Source of the DNA: a virus
Strand: one strand, 5' to 3'
Length of the DNA: 26,467 nt
Virus genome (UHGV): UHGV-0118441
Shown here: positions 17,071 through 25,408 of the stretch, in pieces
How the letters are laid out: each line of letters opens with the position of its first letter
Numbering within the stretch: the first letter of the stretch is position 1
Notes under the pieces: model-generated
Seen by the model: only the letters and a program-made list of their open reading frames with translations
Told to the model about the DNA's origin: nothing
Database searches by the model: none
Program-made: the position numbers and the translations under genes

Positions 17071-17904
17071 ATGACAGTGAAAGCAAAGCGTTTTCGCATC
17101 GGGGTGGAAGGTGCCACTACCGACGGACGCGAAATCCAGCGTGAATGGCTGGAACAGATGGCAGCCAGCTACAACCCGGCGGTGTATACCGCGCTGATTA
17201 ACCTTGAGCACATCAAGTCTTATCTGCCGGACAGCACCTTTAACCGCTACGGCAAGGTGACGGCGCTGTTTGCTGAAGAAATAACGGAAGGTCCGCTGGC
17301 GGGCAAGATGGCACTGTATGCCGACGTTGAGCCAACGGAGTCCCTGGTGGAACTGGTGAAAAAAGGCCAGAAATTATTCACCTCTATGGAAGTCAGCCCG
17401 AAGTTTGCTGATACGGGCAAAGCCTACCTGGTCGGCCTGGCTGCCACTGATGATCCCGCCAGTCTGGGTACGGAAATGCTGACATTCAGCGCCAGTGCAG
17501 CCCATAACCCGCTGGCAAACCGCAAGCAGAATCCCGCCAATCTTTTTACCGCTGCAGAGGAAACGGTGATCGAACTGGAAGAAATCCAGGAGGACAAGCC
17601 GTCCCTGTTTGCCCGTGTCACGGCGCTGTTTACCAAAAAAGAGCAGTCCGACGATGCCCGGTTCTCTGATGTGCATAAGGCCGTGGAGCTGGTCGCCACT
17701 GAGCAGCAGAACCTGAGCGCACGCACCGAAAAATCCCTGTCTGAGCAGGAAGAACGTCTGTCTGAGCTGGAGACTGCCCTGCAGGCACAGCAGACCGCCT
17801 TTAACGAACTGGTGAATAAGCTGAGTCATGAAGACAGCCGCCAGGACTACCGCCAGCGTGCAACAGGCGGTAACGCCCCCGCTGACACTCTGACCAATTG
17901 CTGA
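17071..17904 (+). CDS. O: Capsid scaffolding protein (P2 gpO family), 277 aa
   Basis: Position and size; first gene of the rightward late operon, GGAG RBS. Confidence 0.8.
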   Translation: MTVKAKRFRIGVEGATTDGREIQREWLEQMAASYNPAVYTALINLEHIKSYLPDSTFNRYGKVTALFAEEITEGPLAGKMALYADVEPTESLVELVKKGQKLFTSMEVSPKFADTGKAYLVGLAATDDPASLGTEMLTFSASAAHNPLANRKQNPANLFTAAEETVIELEEIQEDKPSLFARVTALFTKKEQSDDARFSDVHKAVELVATEQQNLSARTEKSLSEQEERLSELETALQAQQTAFNELVNKLSHEDSRQDYRQRATGGNAPADTLTNC

Positions 17905-17920
17905 TGGAGCACAAAACCTG

Positions 17921-19015
17921 ATGAAGAAGAATACCCGCTTTGCTTTTAACGCTTACCTGCAGCAACTGGCACGTCTGAACGGTGTGGCAGTTGAAGAACT
18001 GTCCAGCAAGTTCACTGTGGAGCCGTCTGTGCAGCAGACGCTGGAAGACCAGATCCAGCAGTCCGCCGCTTTCCTGACGCTGATTAACGTCACGCCAGTG
18101 ACTGAGCAGTCCGGTCAGCTGCTGGGGCTGGGAGTTGGCAGCACCATTGCCGGAACCACTGACACCACCGCGAAAGAGCGTGAACCTGTCGATCCGACGC
18201 TGATGGTCGATGTGGAATATAAATGCGAGCAGACCAACTTTGACACGGTGCTGACCTACGCGAAGCTGGACCTGTGGGCGAAGTTTCAGGATTTCCAGGT
18301 GCGCATCCGTGACGCCATCGTGAAACGTCAGGCTCTGGACCGCATCATGATCGGCTTTAACGGCGTGAAGCGTGCGAAAACCTCCAACCGTAGCGAAAAC
18401 CCGCTGCTGCAGGATGTGAACAAAGGCTGGCTGCAGAAAATCCGTGAAGATGCACCGGATCACGTCATGGGCAGCACCACCACGGGCGGTGAAACCACAC
18501 CGGGTGCGGTGAAAGTCGGGAAAGGTGGCGAATATGCCAACCTGGACGCCGTGGTGATGGATGCCGTCAATGAGCTTATCGATGTGGTCTACCAGGACGA
18601 TGACGATCTGGTGGTGATTTGCGGTCGTGAACTGCTGTCTGACAAGTATTTCCCGCTGGTCAACAAAGAGCAGGAAAACAGTGAAAAACTGGCTGCCGAT
18701 ATGATCATCAGTCAGAAACGCATGGGCGGCCTGCAGGCGGTGCGTGCGCCGTTCTTCCCGGCTAATGCCCTGCTGATCACCCGTCTGGATAACCTGTCCA
18801 TCTACTGGCAGGAGGACACCCGCCGCCGTTCTGTTATCGACAACCCGAAACGTGACCGGATTGAGAACTTCGAATCCGTCAACGAAGCGTATGTGATTGA
18901 AGACTACCGCTGCGCGGCCTTGGTCGAAAACATCACTATCGGTGACTTCAGCGAGCCAGCTGCGGTGCAGTCTGCGCCTGTGGAAGAACCCGCCGAAACA
19001 GAAACTGAGGAGTAA
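17921..19015 (+). CDS. N: Major capsid protein (P2 gpN family), 364 aa
   Basis: Position and size. The 631-aa antisense ORF 17801..19696 is treated as spurious. Confidence 0.85.
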   Translation: MKKNTRFAFNAYLQQLARLNGVAVEELSSKFTVEPSVQQTLEDQIQQSAAFLTLINVTPVTEQSGQLLGLGVGSTIAGTTDTTAKEREPVDPTLMVDVEYKCEQTNFDTVLTYAKLDLWAKFQDFQVRIRDAIVKRQALDRIMIGFNGVKRAKTSNRSENPLLQDVNKGWLQKIREDAPDHVMGSTTTGGETTPGAVKVGKGGEYANLDAVVMDAVNELIDVVYQDDDDLVVICGRELLSDKYFPLVNKEQENSEKLAADMIISQKRMGGLQAVRAPFFPANALLITRLDNLSIYWQEDTRRRSVIDNPKRDRIENFESVNEAYVIEDYRCAALVENITIGDFSEPAAVQSAPVEEPAETETEE

Positions 19016-19018
19016 CGC

Positions 19019-19669
19019 ATGAGCCTGAGTCCCGCACGGCAGCACCGCCTGCGCATTCAGGCCGAACAGGCCGCCCGGGAGGGCGGCAGTGTTCGCCATG
19101 CGTCCGGCTATGACCTGATGCTGCTGCAGCTGGCAGAAGACCGCCGCCGCCTTAAGGGTATCCAGTCCACCGTGAAAAAGGCGGCAATCAAGGTGGAGCT
19201 TCTGCCGAAGTATGCCGCCTGGGCGGAGGGCGTGCTGGCTGCCGGAGGTGCGCAGCAGGATGACGTGCTGATGTACGTGATGCTGTGGCGTATCGACGCC
19301 GGTGATTATGCCGGTGCGCTGGAAATCGGGCGTCATGCGCTGCGCCATGGCTGGGTGATGCCGCTGGGCAACCGTAACGTGCAGACCGTTCTGGCGGAAG
19401 AAATGGCGGATGCCGCACAAAGCGCCCTGCTGGCCGCTACCGGTTTTAATGCCGATCTGCTCCTGCAGACGCTGGAGCTGACTACCGATCTGGATATGCC
19501 GGACCAGTCCCGGGCACGCCTGCACAAAGCCATCGGCGCGGTACTGACCGAAAGCAACCCGGCTTCTGCCCTTAATCACCTTACCCATGCGCTGCAACTC
19601 GATCCCCGCTGCGGTGTGAAAAAAGAAAAGCAGCAGCTGGAGCGCAGATTGCGCAGTGACAGCCGCTAA
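19019..19669 (+). CDS. M: Terminase small subunit (P2 gpM family), 216 aa
   Basis: Position after the capsid gene and size. Confidence 0.8.
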   Translation: MSLSPARQHRLRIQAEQAAREGGSVRHASGYDLMLLQLAEDRRRLKGIQSTVKKAAIKVELLPKYAAWAEGVLAAGGAQQDDVLMYVMLWRIDAGDYAGALEIGRHALRHGWVMPLGNRNVQTVLAEEMADAAQSALLAATGFNADLLLQTLELTTDLDMPDQSRARLHKAIGAVLTESNPASALNHLTHALQLDPRCGVKKEKQQLERRLRSDSR

Positions 19670-19762
19670 CGAACGTGCCCCGCGCACGGGCGGCACGGGG
19701 TGGCGAAAGGCATTGCTACATCAAAACCCCGTCCACCGCCCACTATTTCAGGAGAAAGCCGC

Positions 19763-20227
19763 ATGCAGTTTATTGCGCCAGAACAGGCACCGGAACAGGC
19801 GGACGTTATTAAAAATACGCCGTTCTGGCCTGATGTGGACCTGTCGGAATTTCGCAGTGTGATGCGCACTGACGGCACGGTGACGCAGCCCCGTCTGAGG
19901 CAGGTTGCGCTGACAGCCATTTCTGAAGTTAACGCTGAGCTGTACGACTTCCGCAACCGTCAGCAGATGCTGGGCTACCGGGATCTGGCTGACGTGCCGG
20001 CGGAAATGCTGGACGGCAAAAGCGAGCGCATCCAGCACTACCTCAACGCCGTGTATTGCTGGGCGCGCGCCGTGCTCAATGAGCGTTACCAGGATTATGA
20101 CGCCACGGCGTCCGGGGTAAAGCGAGGGGAGGAACTGGCGGAGGCCAGCGGCGATCTGTGGCGTGATGCCCGATGGGCTATCAGCCGGGTGCAGGATGCA
20201 CCGCACTGTACGGTGGAGCTTATCTGA
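19763..20227 (+). CDS. L: Head completion/stabilisation protein (P2 gpL family)
   Basis: ORF 19700..20227; ATG at 19763 has a strong AGGAGA RBS and the upstream start is GTG. Start is uncertain (154 vs 175 aa). Confidence 0.7.
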   Translation: MQFIAPEQAPEQADVIKNTPFWPDVDLSEFRSVMRTDGTVTQPRLRQVALTAISEVNAELYDFRNRQQMLGYRDLADVPAEMLDGKSERIQHYLNAVYCWARAVLNERYQDYDATASGVKRGEELAEASGDLWRDARWAISRVQDAPHCTVELI

Positions 20228-20430
20228 TGAAAGTGCGTGCGCATCAGTATGACACGGTGGACGCGCTTTGCTGGCGTCATTACGGGCGCACGCAGGGTGT
20301 CACGGAGCAGGTACTGAAGGCAAATCCGGGGCTTGCCGAATACGGCCCCTTTTTACCTCACGGGCTGCAGGTGGAGCTGCCGGACATTCCGACAACCACC
20401 ACCGTGCAGACCGTCCAGCTATGGGACTGA
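20227..20430 (+). CDS. X: Tail protein X (P2 gpX family), 67 aa
   Basis: ORF 20173..20430; ATG at 20227 overlaps the L stop (ATGA). MKVRAHQYDTVDALCWRHYGRT and the 67-aa length match P2 gpX. Confidence 0.8.
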   Translation: MKVRAHQYDTVDALCWRHYGRTQGVTEQVLKANPGLAEYGPFLPHGLQVELPDIPTTTTVQTVQLWD

Positions 20431-20433
20431 ATT

Positions 20434-20649
20434 ATGACGCTTGAGCGAATCAGCGCCTTTATCACGTATTGCATCGCCGTCGTGCTGGCCTGGCTGGGAG
20501 ATTTGTCCATCAAGGATGCCTCAACGCTGGGCGGCCTGATGATTGGTGTGCTGATGCTGGCTATCAACTGGTACTACAAACACAAAGCCTACCAGCTTCT
20601 GCGCGACGGGCAGATTTCGCGGGAGGACTATGAATCCATCAATCGTTAA
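20434..20649 (+). CDS. Putative holin (71 aa, two TMDs; pinholin-like architecture)
   Basis: Two hydrophobic segments (ISAFITYCIAVVLAWLG; LGGLMIGVLMLAINWYY) and a charged C-terminus, immediately upstream of and overlapping the endolysin gene. Confidence 0.6.
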   Translation: MTLERISAFITYCIAVVLAWLGDLSIKDASTLGGLMIGVLMLAINWYYKHKAYQLLRDGQISREDYESINR

Positions 20650-21142
20650 ACGCTGCCTTGTCGGGGCCGTGCTGGCTATTGCTGCCACGCTGCCGGGGTT
20701 TCAGCAGCTTCACACCTCCGTGGAGGGGCTGAAACTGATTGCCGATTACGAAGGTTGTCGTCTGCAGCCGTATCAGTGCAGCGCGGGTGTCTGGACCGAC
20801 GGCATTGGAAATACGTCGGGCGTCATTCCCGGCAAAACAATCACGGAACGACAGGCAGCAGAAGGGCTTATTTCCAACGTGCTGCGTGTGGAGCGGGCGC
20901 TGGAAAGGTGTGTGAAGCAACAGCCGCCGCAGAAGGTATATGACGCTACGGTGTCGTTTGCCTTCAACGTGGGAACGGGCAATGCCTGCAGTTCTACGCT
21001 GGTGAAATTGCTCAATCAGCGGCGCTGGGCAGAAGCGTGCCGACAGTTGCCGCGCTGGGTTTATGTGAAAGGTGTGTTTAATCAGGGGCTGGATAACCGC
21101 CGTGCGCGGGAGATGGCCTGGTGTTTACAGGGAGCAAACTGA
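20630..21142 (+). CDS. Endolysin, GH24 lysozyme with probable N-terminal SAR (signal-anchor-release) domain, 170 aa
   Basis: Catalytic region YEGCRLQPYQCSAGVWTDGIGNT (E-x8-C-x5-T variant of the T4-lysozyme-type triad); weakly hydrophobic Gly/Ala-rich N-terminus (CLVGAVLAIAATLPGF). Confidence 0.8.
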   Translation: MNPSIVKRCLVGAVLAIAATLPGFQQLHTSVEGLKLIADYEGCRLQPYQCSAGVWTDGIGNTSGVIPGKTITERQAAEGLISNVLRVERALERCVKQQPPQKVYDATVSFAFNVGTGNACSSTLVKLLNQRRWAEACRQLPRWVYVKGVFNQGLDNRRAREMAWCLQGAN

Positions 21143-21143
21143 A

Positions 21144-21521
21144 ATGAAAAAGAAATTAATCAGCGGGCTGTTTCTGATGTTATGGATGGCGCTGTTAATC
21201 GCAGCAATGGTGTATCCGCAGGGGATTTTTCCGGTACTGGCAGCGTCCGGCGTTTGGGTAGCCTGTTTACTGACATGGGCGGTAATTCCGGTAGCACTGG
21301 CTGCGTTAATTAAGAATGGCCCGCTCTGGCAGGAGTTGAGGGCATCTTTGCTTAAGACCATTACCCGAAAAGAAAACGTATTTATCAGCTGGGTGATGCG
21401 ATTGCTGATTGTCGTAAGTCTCGCCTGGACGGGGTGGGCTATTACTCTGGTCTTTTATCTACTGACCGTTATTGCCTTCTGGATCACCCGTAATCAGATG
21501 GCGCAACAGGTAGCAGCATGA
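21144..21521 (+). CDS. Lysis-accessory membrane protein (P2 LysA-like), 125 aa
   Basis: ORF 21072..21521; ATG at 21144 right after the endolysin stop. About four predicted TM segments; position as in P2 lysA. Confidence 0.6.
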   Translation: MKKKLISGLFLMLWMALLIAAMVYPQGIFPVLAASGVWVACLLTWAVIPVALAALIKNGPLWQELRASLLKTITRKENVFISWVMRLLIVVSLAWTGWAITLVFYLLTVIAFWITRNQMAQQVAA

Positions 21522-21946
21522 ACCGGTTGCTGCTGGTTATGCTGGCGTTATTACTGGCGGCGCTGGGCTGGCAGACGTGGCGGCTGGCTGATGCCAGCCA
21601 GACCATCAGCACGCAGGCAGACGAGCTGCAGCGCCAAAGCCAGGCACTGGCAAAGAGCAACAGCCAGCTTATCAGCCTGTCCATTCTGACTGAAACCAAT
21701 AACCGGGAGCAGGCGCGGCTCTATGCCGAAGCAGAACAGACCAGCGCACTGCTGAGACAACGACAACGCCGGATGGAGGAACTGAAACGTGAGAACGAGG
21801 ATTTACGCCGCTGGGCTGATACTCCTTTGCCTGCTGACATTATCCGGCTGCGGGAACGTCCGGCACTCACCGGAGGTGCAGCTTACCGTCAGTGGTTGTC
21901 CGCGAGTGACGCCGTGTCGGCTGGATCAGGCAACGCCGCGCACTAA
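21518..21946 (+). CDS. i-spanin (Rz/LysB-like), 142 aa
   Basis: N-terminal TMD (LLLVMLALLLAALGW) followed by a charged coiled-coil-like periplasmic region; position after endolysin/LysA. Confidence 0.7.
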   Translation: MNRLLLVMLALLLAALGWQTWRLADASQTISTQADELQRQSQALAKSNSQLISLSILTETNNREQARLYAEAEQTSALLRQRQRRMEELKRENEDLRRWADTPLPADIIRLRERPALTGGAAYRQWLSASDAVSAGSGNAAH

Positions 21947-22079
21947 TGGTGATCTGAACGCGTTGCTGGATGAAACGGAGGCTGCCTGGGCGGTCTGTGC
22001 AGACAAAGTGGACATGATTATTGCGTGTCAGGAGCGAAACAGTGAACAAACCACAATCCCTGCGCCACGCCCTCAATAA
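21789..22079 (+). CDS. o-spanin lipoprotein (Rz1/LysC-like), overlapping the 3' end of the i-spanin gene out of frame
   Basis: GTG start with a GGAGGA RBS; signal peptide plus lipobox (LLCLLTLSGC). Starts inside the i-spanin gene in the +1 frame and extends past it. Confidence 0.65.
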   Translation: MRTRIYAAGLILLCLLTLSGCGNVRHSPEVQLTVSGCPRVTPCRLDQATPRTNGDLNALLDETEAAWAVCADKVDMIIACQERNSEQTTIPAPRPQ

Positions 22080-22473
22080 AGCGGTGCCTTATGTCCGCAA
22101 TAACCCGGACAAATTGCATCTGTTTGTGGATAACGGTTCGCTGGTTGCCACGGGGGCCAGCTCCATGTCGTGGGAGTACCGTTACACCCTGAACGCGGTG
22201 ATTGAGGATTTCAGCGGCGACCAGAATCTGCTGATGGCCCCGGTTTTGCTGTGGCTGAGGGATAACCAGCCCGATGCCATCAATAACCCGGCGTTACGGG
22301 AAAAACTATTCACCTTTGAGGTGGATATTCTGCGCAACGATGTCTGTGATATCAGCCTGAACCTGCAACTGACGGAGCGTGTGCTGGTCAGCACTGACGG
22401 CAGTGTGTCGAGCGTTGAAGCTGTAGCGGAACCTGATGAACCTGAAGAAATGTGGACGGTGAAACGTGGCTGA
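22042..22473 (+). CDS. R: Tail completion protein R (P2 gpR family)
   Basis: ORF 22021..22473 (TTG artefact start); GTG at 22042 with an AGGAG RBS gives VNKPQSLRHALNKAV..., resembling the P2 R N-terminus as I recall it. Confidence 0.75.
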   Translation: MNKPQSLRHALNKAVPYVRNNPDKLHLFVDNGSLVATGASSMSWEYRYTLNAVIEDFSGDQNLLMAPVLLWLRDNQPDAINNPALREKLFTFEVDILRNDVCDISLNLQLTERVLVSTDGSVSSVEAVAEPDEPEEMWTVKRG

Positions 22474-22912
22474 ACTGCAGAAAGTGGACGACTGGCTGAG
22501 TGCCTTGCTGGCGAATCTGGAGCCAGCCGCCAGAAGTCGCATGATGCGCCAGCTGGCGCAGGAACTGCGCCGGACACAGCAGCAGAATATCAGGATGCAG
22601 CGCAATCCAGATGGCAGCAGTTATGAACCGCGCAGGGTAACAGCACGCAGCAAGAAGGGGCGCATCAAACGTCAGATGTTTGCAAAGCTGCGCACCACAA
22701 AATACCTGAAAACTGCCGCCAGCGCCGACTCTGCCAGCGTACAGTTTGAAGGCAAGGTGCAGCGTATTGCCCGTGTTCACCATTACGGCCTGCGTGATCG
22801 CGTCAGTCGCAAAGGACCGGAGGTCCGTTACGCAGAGCGCCGCTTGCTGGGTGTAAATGATGATGTTGAGGCAATGACCCGCGACATGATTCTGCAATGG
22901 CTGGCGGGGTGA
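22466..22912 (+). CDS. S: Tail completion protein S (P2 gpS family), 148 aa
   Basis: GTG start overlapping the R stop; position and size match P2 S. Confidence 0.7.
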   Translation: MAELQKVDDWLSALLANLEPAARSRMMRQLAQELRRTQQQNIRMQRNPDGSSYEPRRVTARSKKGRIKRQMFAKLRTTKYLKTAASADSASVQFEGKVQRIARVHHYGLRDRVSRKGPEVRYAERRLLGVNDDVEAMTRDMILQWLAG

Positions 22913-22916
22913 TCTT

Positions 22917-22934
22917 TGTATCAGCACTGATACA
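22917..22934. promoter_or_regulatory. TGT-N12-ACA dyad inside a perfect 9-bp inverted repeat (TTGTATCAG-ca-CTGATACAA): candidate late promoter PV
   Basis: Read directly in the 68-bp S-V gap; in P2 the V-W-J-I-H operon has its own Ogr-dependent promoter here. Confidence 0.55.
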
Positions 22935-22980
22935 AGTTGCAGCACTGCCGCCTTTCTTCCCCTGATGGCAACCTTTCCCT

Positions 22981-23559
22981 ATGAACGCACAATTAACCGA
23001 AATCATGCGCCTTATCACCAATCTGATCCGCACAGGGGTAGTCACCGAAGTGGACAGGGAAAACTGGCTTTGCCGGGTGAAAACGGGCGAGCTTGAAACC
23101 AACTGGATCAGCTGGCTGACGCTGCGTGCCGGGAATGCCCGCACATGGTGGCGACCATCGGAAGGTGAGCAGGTGGTGCTGCTGAGTCTGGGCGGCAATC
23201 TGGAAACCGCATTTGCGTTACCCGCCATCTATTCGAATCAGTTCGCGCCACCGTCGACGTCGGCGGACGCCTGCGTGACAGAACATCCTGATGGTGGCCG
23301 GTTTGAATACGAACCCGCCACCGGGCGCTGGTATGTCAGGGGCATCAAATCAATGGTCATTGAGGCCGCTGAGAACATCACCATGAAAACCAGTGAGTTT
23401 GTGCTGGAGGCTGACCGCACGCGTATTAACAGCGAAGTGGTGATCAATGGTGGCGTTACCCAGGGCGGCGGTGCAATGAGTTCCAGGGGGATCGTGGTTG
23501 ATGCGCATCAACATACTGGCGTCCTGAAAGGTGGCGATACAACCGGAGGCCCGGTATGA
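22981..23559 (+). CDS. V: Baseplate assembly/spike protein V (P2 gpV family), 192 aa
   Basis: Position, size and N-terminal resemblance to P2 V (..IRTG.V.E.D....CRV.TG....W..WLT.RAG..RTWW.PS.GEQV). Confidence 0.8.
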   Translation: MNAQLTEIMRLITNLIRTGVVTEVDRENWLCRVKTGELETNWISWLTLRAGNARTWWRPSEGEQVVLLSLGGNLETAFALPAIYSNQFAPPSTSADACVTEHPDGGRFEYEPATGRWYVRGIKSMVIEAAENITMKTSEFVLEADRTRINSEVVINGGVTQGGGAMSSRGIVVDAHQHTGVLKGGDTTGGPV

Positions 23560-23915
23560 CGCTTTATAGCGGGATGAACAATACCAGCGGCAAAGTCATT
23601 ACTGATATTGACCATCTGCGCCAGTCGGTGCGGGACATTCTGCTGACGCCGCAAGGTAGCCGCATTGCCCGCCGGGAATATGGTTCCCTGCTGTCGGCAC
23701 TGATAGATCAGCCACAAAATCCGGCGTTACGCCTGCAGGTCATGTCGGCAGTATATGTGGCGCTGAGTCGCTGGGAGCCACGGCTGACGCTGGATTCCAT
23801 CACCATCAACAGCAATTTTGACGGTTCAATGGTGGTGGAGCTGACCGGGCGGCGGAATAACGGTGTGCCTGTGTCCCTTTCCGTATCAACAGGAGCAGAG
23901 AATGGCAGTGATTGA
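23556..23915 (+). CDS. W: Baseplate wedge protein W (gp25-like), 119 aa
   Basis: ATGA overlap with the V stop; size and position as P2 W. Confidence 0.8.
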   Translation: MTLYSGMNNTSGKVITDIDHLRQSVRDILLTPQGSRIARREYGSLLSALIDQPQNPALRLQVMSAVYVALSRWEPRLTLDSITINSNFDGSMVVELTGRRNNGVPVSLSVSTGAENGSD

Positions 23916-24810
23916 CCTTTCGCAGTTGCCAGCACCGCAGATTGTGGATGTGCCGGACTTTGAGACACTGCTTGCCGAACGCAAGGCAGAATTTGTGGCG
24001 CTTCATCCGAAAGATGAGCAGGAAGCAGTGATCCGCACGCTGGAACTGGAATCTGAACCCGTCACCAAATTGTTGCAGGAGAACGCTTACCGTGAGTTGC
24101 TTCTGCGCCAGCGTATTAACGAAGCCGCGCAGGCGGTGATGGTGGCTTACGCGATGGGCGGCGATCTTGACCAGCTCGCTGCCAACTACAACGTGAAACG
24201 CCTGACGGTGACGCCTGCTGATAATGACGCTGTGCCGCCCGTTGCAGCTGTGATGGAAAGCGATGAAGCGTTACGCCTGCGTGTGCCTGCAGCCTTTGAA
24301 GGGCTTTCAGTCGCGGGGCCAACTGCAGCTTATGAATTTCATGCCCGAAGCGCCGACGGTCGCGTGGCGGATGCCAGTGCAACCAGTCCGGCACCTGCAG
24401 AGGTGGTGCTGACTGTCCTGAGCCGCGAAGGCGATGGAACAGCAGAAAAAGACCTGCTGGACGTGGTGGAAAAGGCTCTGAACAGTGAGAACATCCGCCC
24501 GGTGGCTGACCGTCTGACGGTTCGCAGCGCAGAAATCATCCCGTATCGCGTGGAAGCCACCATTTTTCTCTATCCGGGACCGGAAGCAGAGCCGGTAATG
24601 GCAGCGGCAAAAGCCAGCCTGCAGAAGTACATCGCCAGTCAGACGCGTCTTGGTCGGGATATTCGCCGTAGCGCCATCTTTGCCGCCCTGCATGTTGAGG
24701 GAGTGCAGCGTGTGGAGCTGGCTTCGCCGCTGGCGGATGTTGTCCTGAACAAAACACAGGCGGCATCATGTACGCAGTGGAGCGTAACCAACGGAGGAAC
24801 GGATGAATAG
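23902..24810 (+). CDS. J: Baseplate protein J (P2 gpJ family), 302 aa
   Basis: ORF 23863..24810; ATG at 23902 with an AGGAG RBS gives 302 aa, the P2 J length as I recall it. Confidence 0.8.
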   Translation: MAVIDLSQLPAPQIVDVPDFETLLAERKAEFVALHPKDEQEAVIRTLELESEPVTKLLQENAYRELLLRQRINEAAQAVMVAYAMGGDLDQLAANYNVKRLTVTPADNDAVPPVAAVMESDEALRLRVPAAFEGLSVAGPTAAYEFHARSADGRVADASATSPAPAEVVLTVLSREGDGTAEKDLLDVVEKALNSENIRPVADRLTVRSAEIIPYRVEATIFLYPGPEAEPVMAAAKASLQKYIASQTRLGRDIRRSAIFAALHVEGVQRVELASPLADVVLNKTQAASCTQWSVTNGGTDE

Positions 24811-25408
24811 TCTGCTGCCACCGGGTTCAACACCACTGGAGCGCCGACTGGCGCAAGCCTGCAGCGGGATTTCTGATCTGCAGGTGCCGCTTCGTGACTT
24901 GTGGAATCCGGCGACCTGTCCGGTCAGCTTCCTGCCTTATCTCGCCTGGGCGTTCTCTGTGGATCGCTGGGATGAGGGCTGGACTGAAAGCGTCAAACGT
25001 CAGGTGGTGAAGGATGCTTTTTATATTCATCAGCATAAAGGAACCACCAGTGCCGTGCGGCGGGTGGTGGAGCCGTTCGGCTTTCTGATCCGCATTATTG
25101 AGTGGTGGCAGACCGGAGAAACACCGGGCACGTTTCGCCTGGATATCGGCGTGCAGGACCAGGGCATCACTGAAGATACCTATCTGGAACTTGAGCGACT
25201 GATAAGCGATGCCAAACCATGTAGCCGTCACATGATCGGCATGTCCATCAACCTGCAGACCAGCGGCCCGCATTGGGTGGGAGCCGCCAGCTATCTTGGC
25301 GAAGAAATCACGATCTATCCGTATATCAACGAAACAATTATTTCTGGCGGCACCGCGCATGAAGGCGGGGCGGTCCATGTTATTGACACAATGAGAGTGA
25401 ATCCATGA
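24803..25408 (+). CDS. I: Baseplate protein I (P2 gpI family), 201 aa
   Basis: Start overlaps the J stop; position between J and the tail-fibre gene. Confidence 0.75.
   Translation: MNSLLPPGSTPLERRLAQACSGISDLQVPLRDLWNPATCPVSFLPYLAWAFSVDRWDEGWTESVKRQVVKDAFYIHQHKGTTSAVRRVVEPFGFLIRIIEWWQTGETPGTFRLDIGVQDQGITEDTYLELERLISDAKPCSRHMIGMSINLQTSGPHWVGAASYLGEEITIYPYINETIISGGTAHEGGAVHVIDTMRVNP

Noticed and set aside
17801-19696. 631-aa ORF on the minus strand
   Set aside because: Entirely antisense to the capsid and small-terminase genes, which have clear synteny and coupling; Arg/Gly/His-rich low-complexity translation typical of a GC-rich antisense frame.
22388-22945. 185-aa minus-strand ORF (and neighbours 22182..22605)
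   Set aside because: Antisense to tail genes R and S, which are supported by coupling and synteny.
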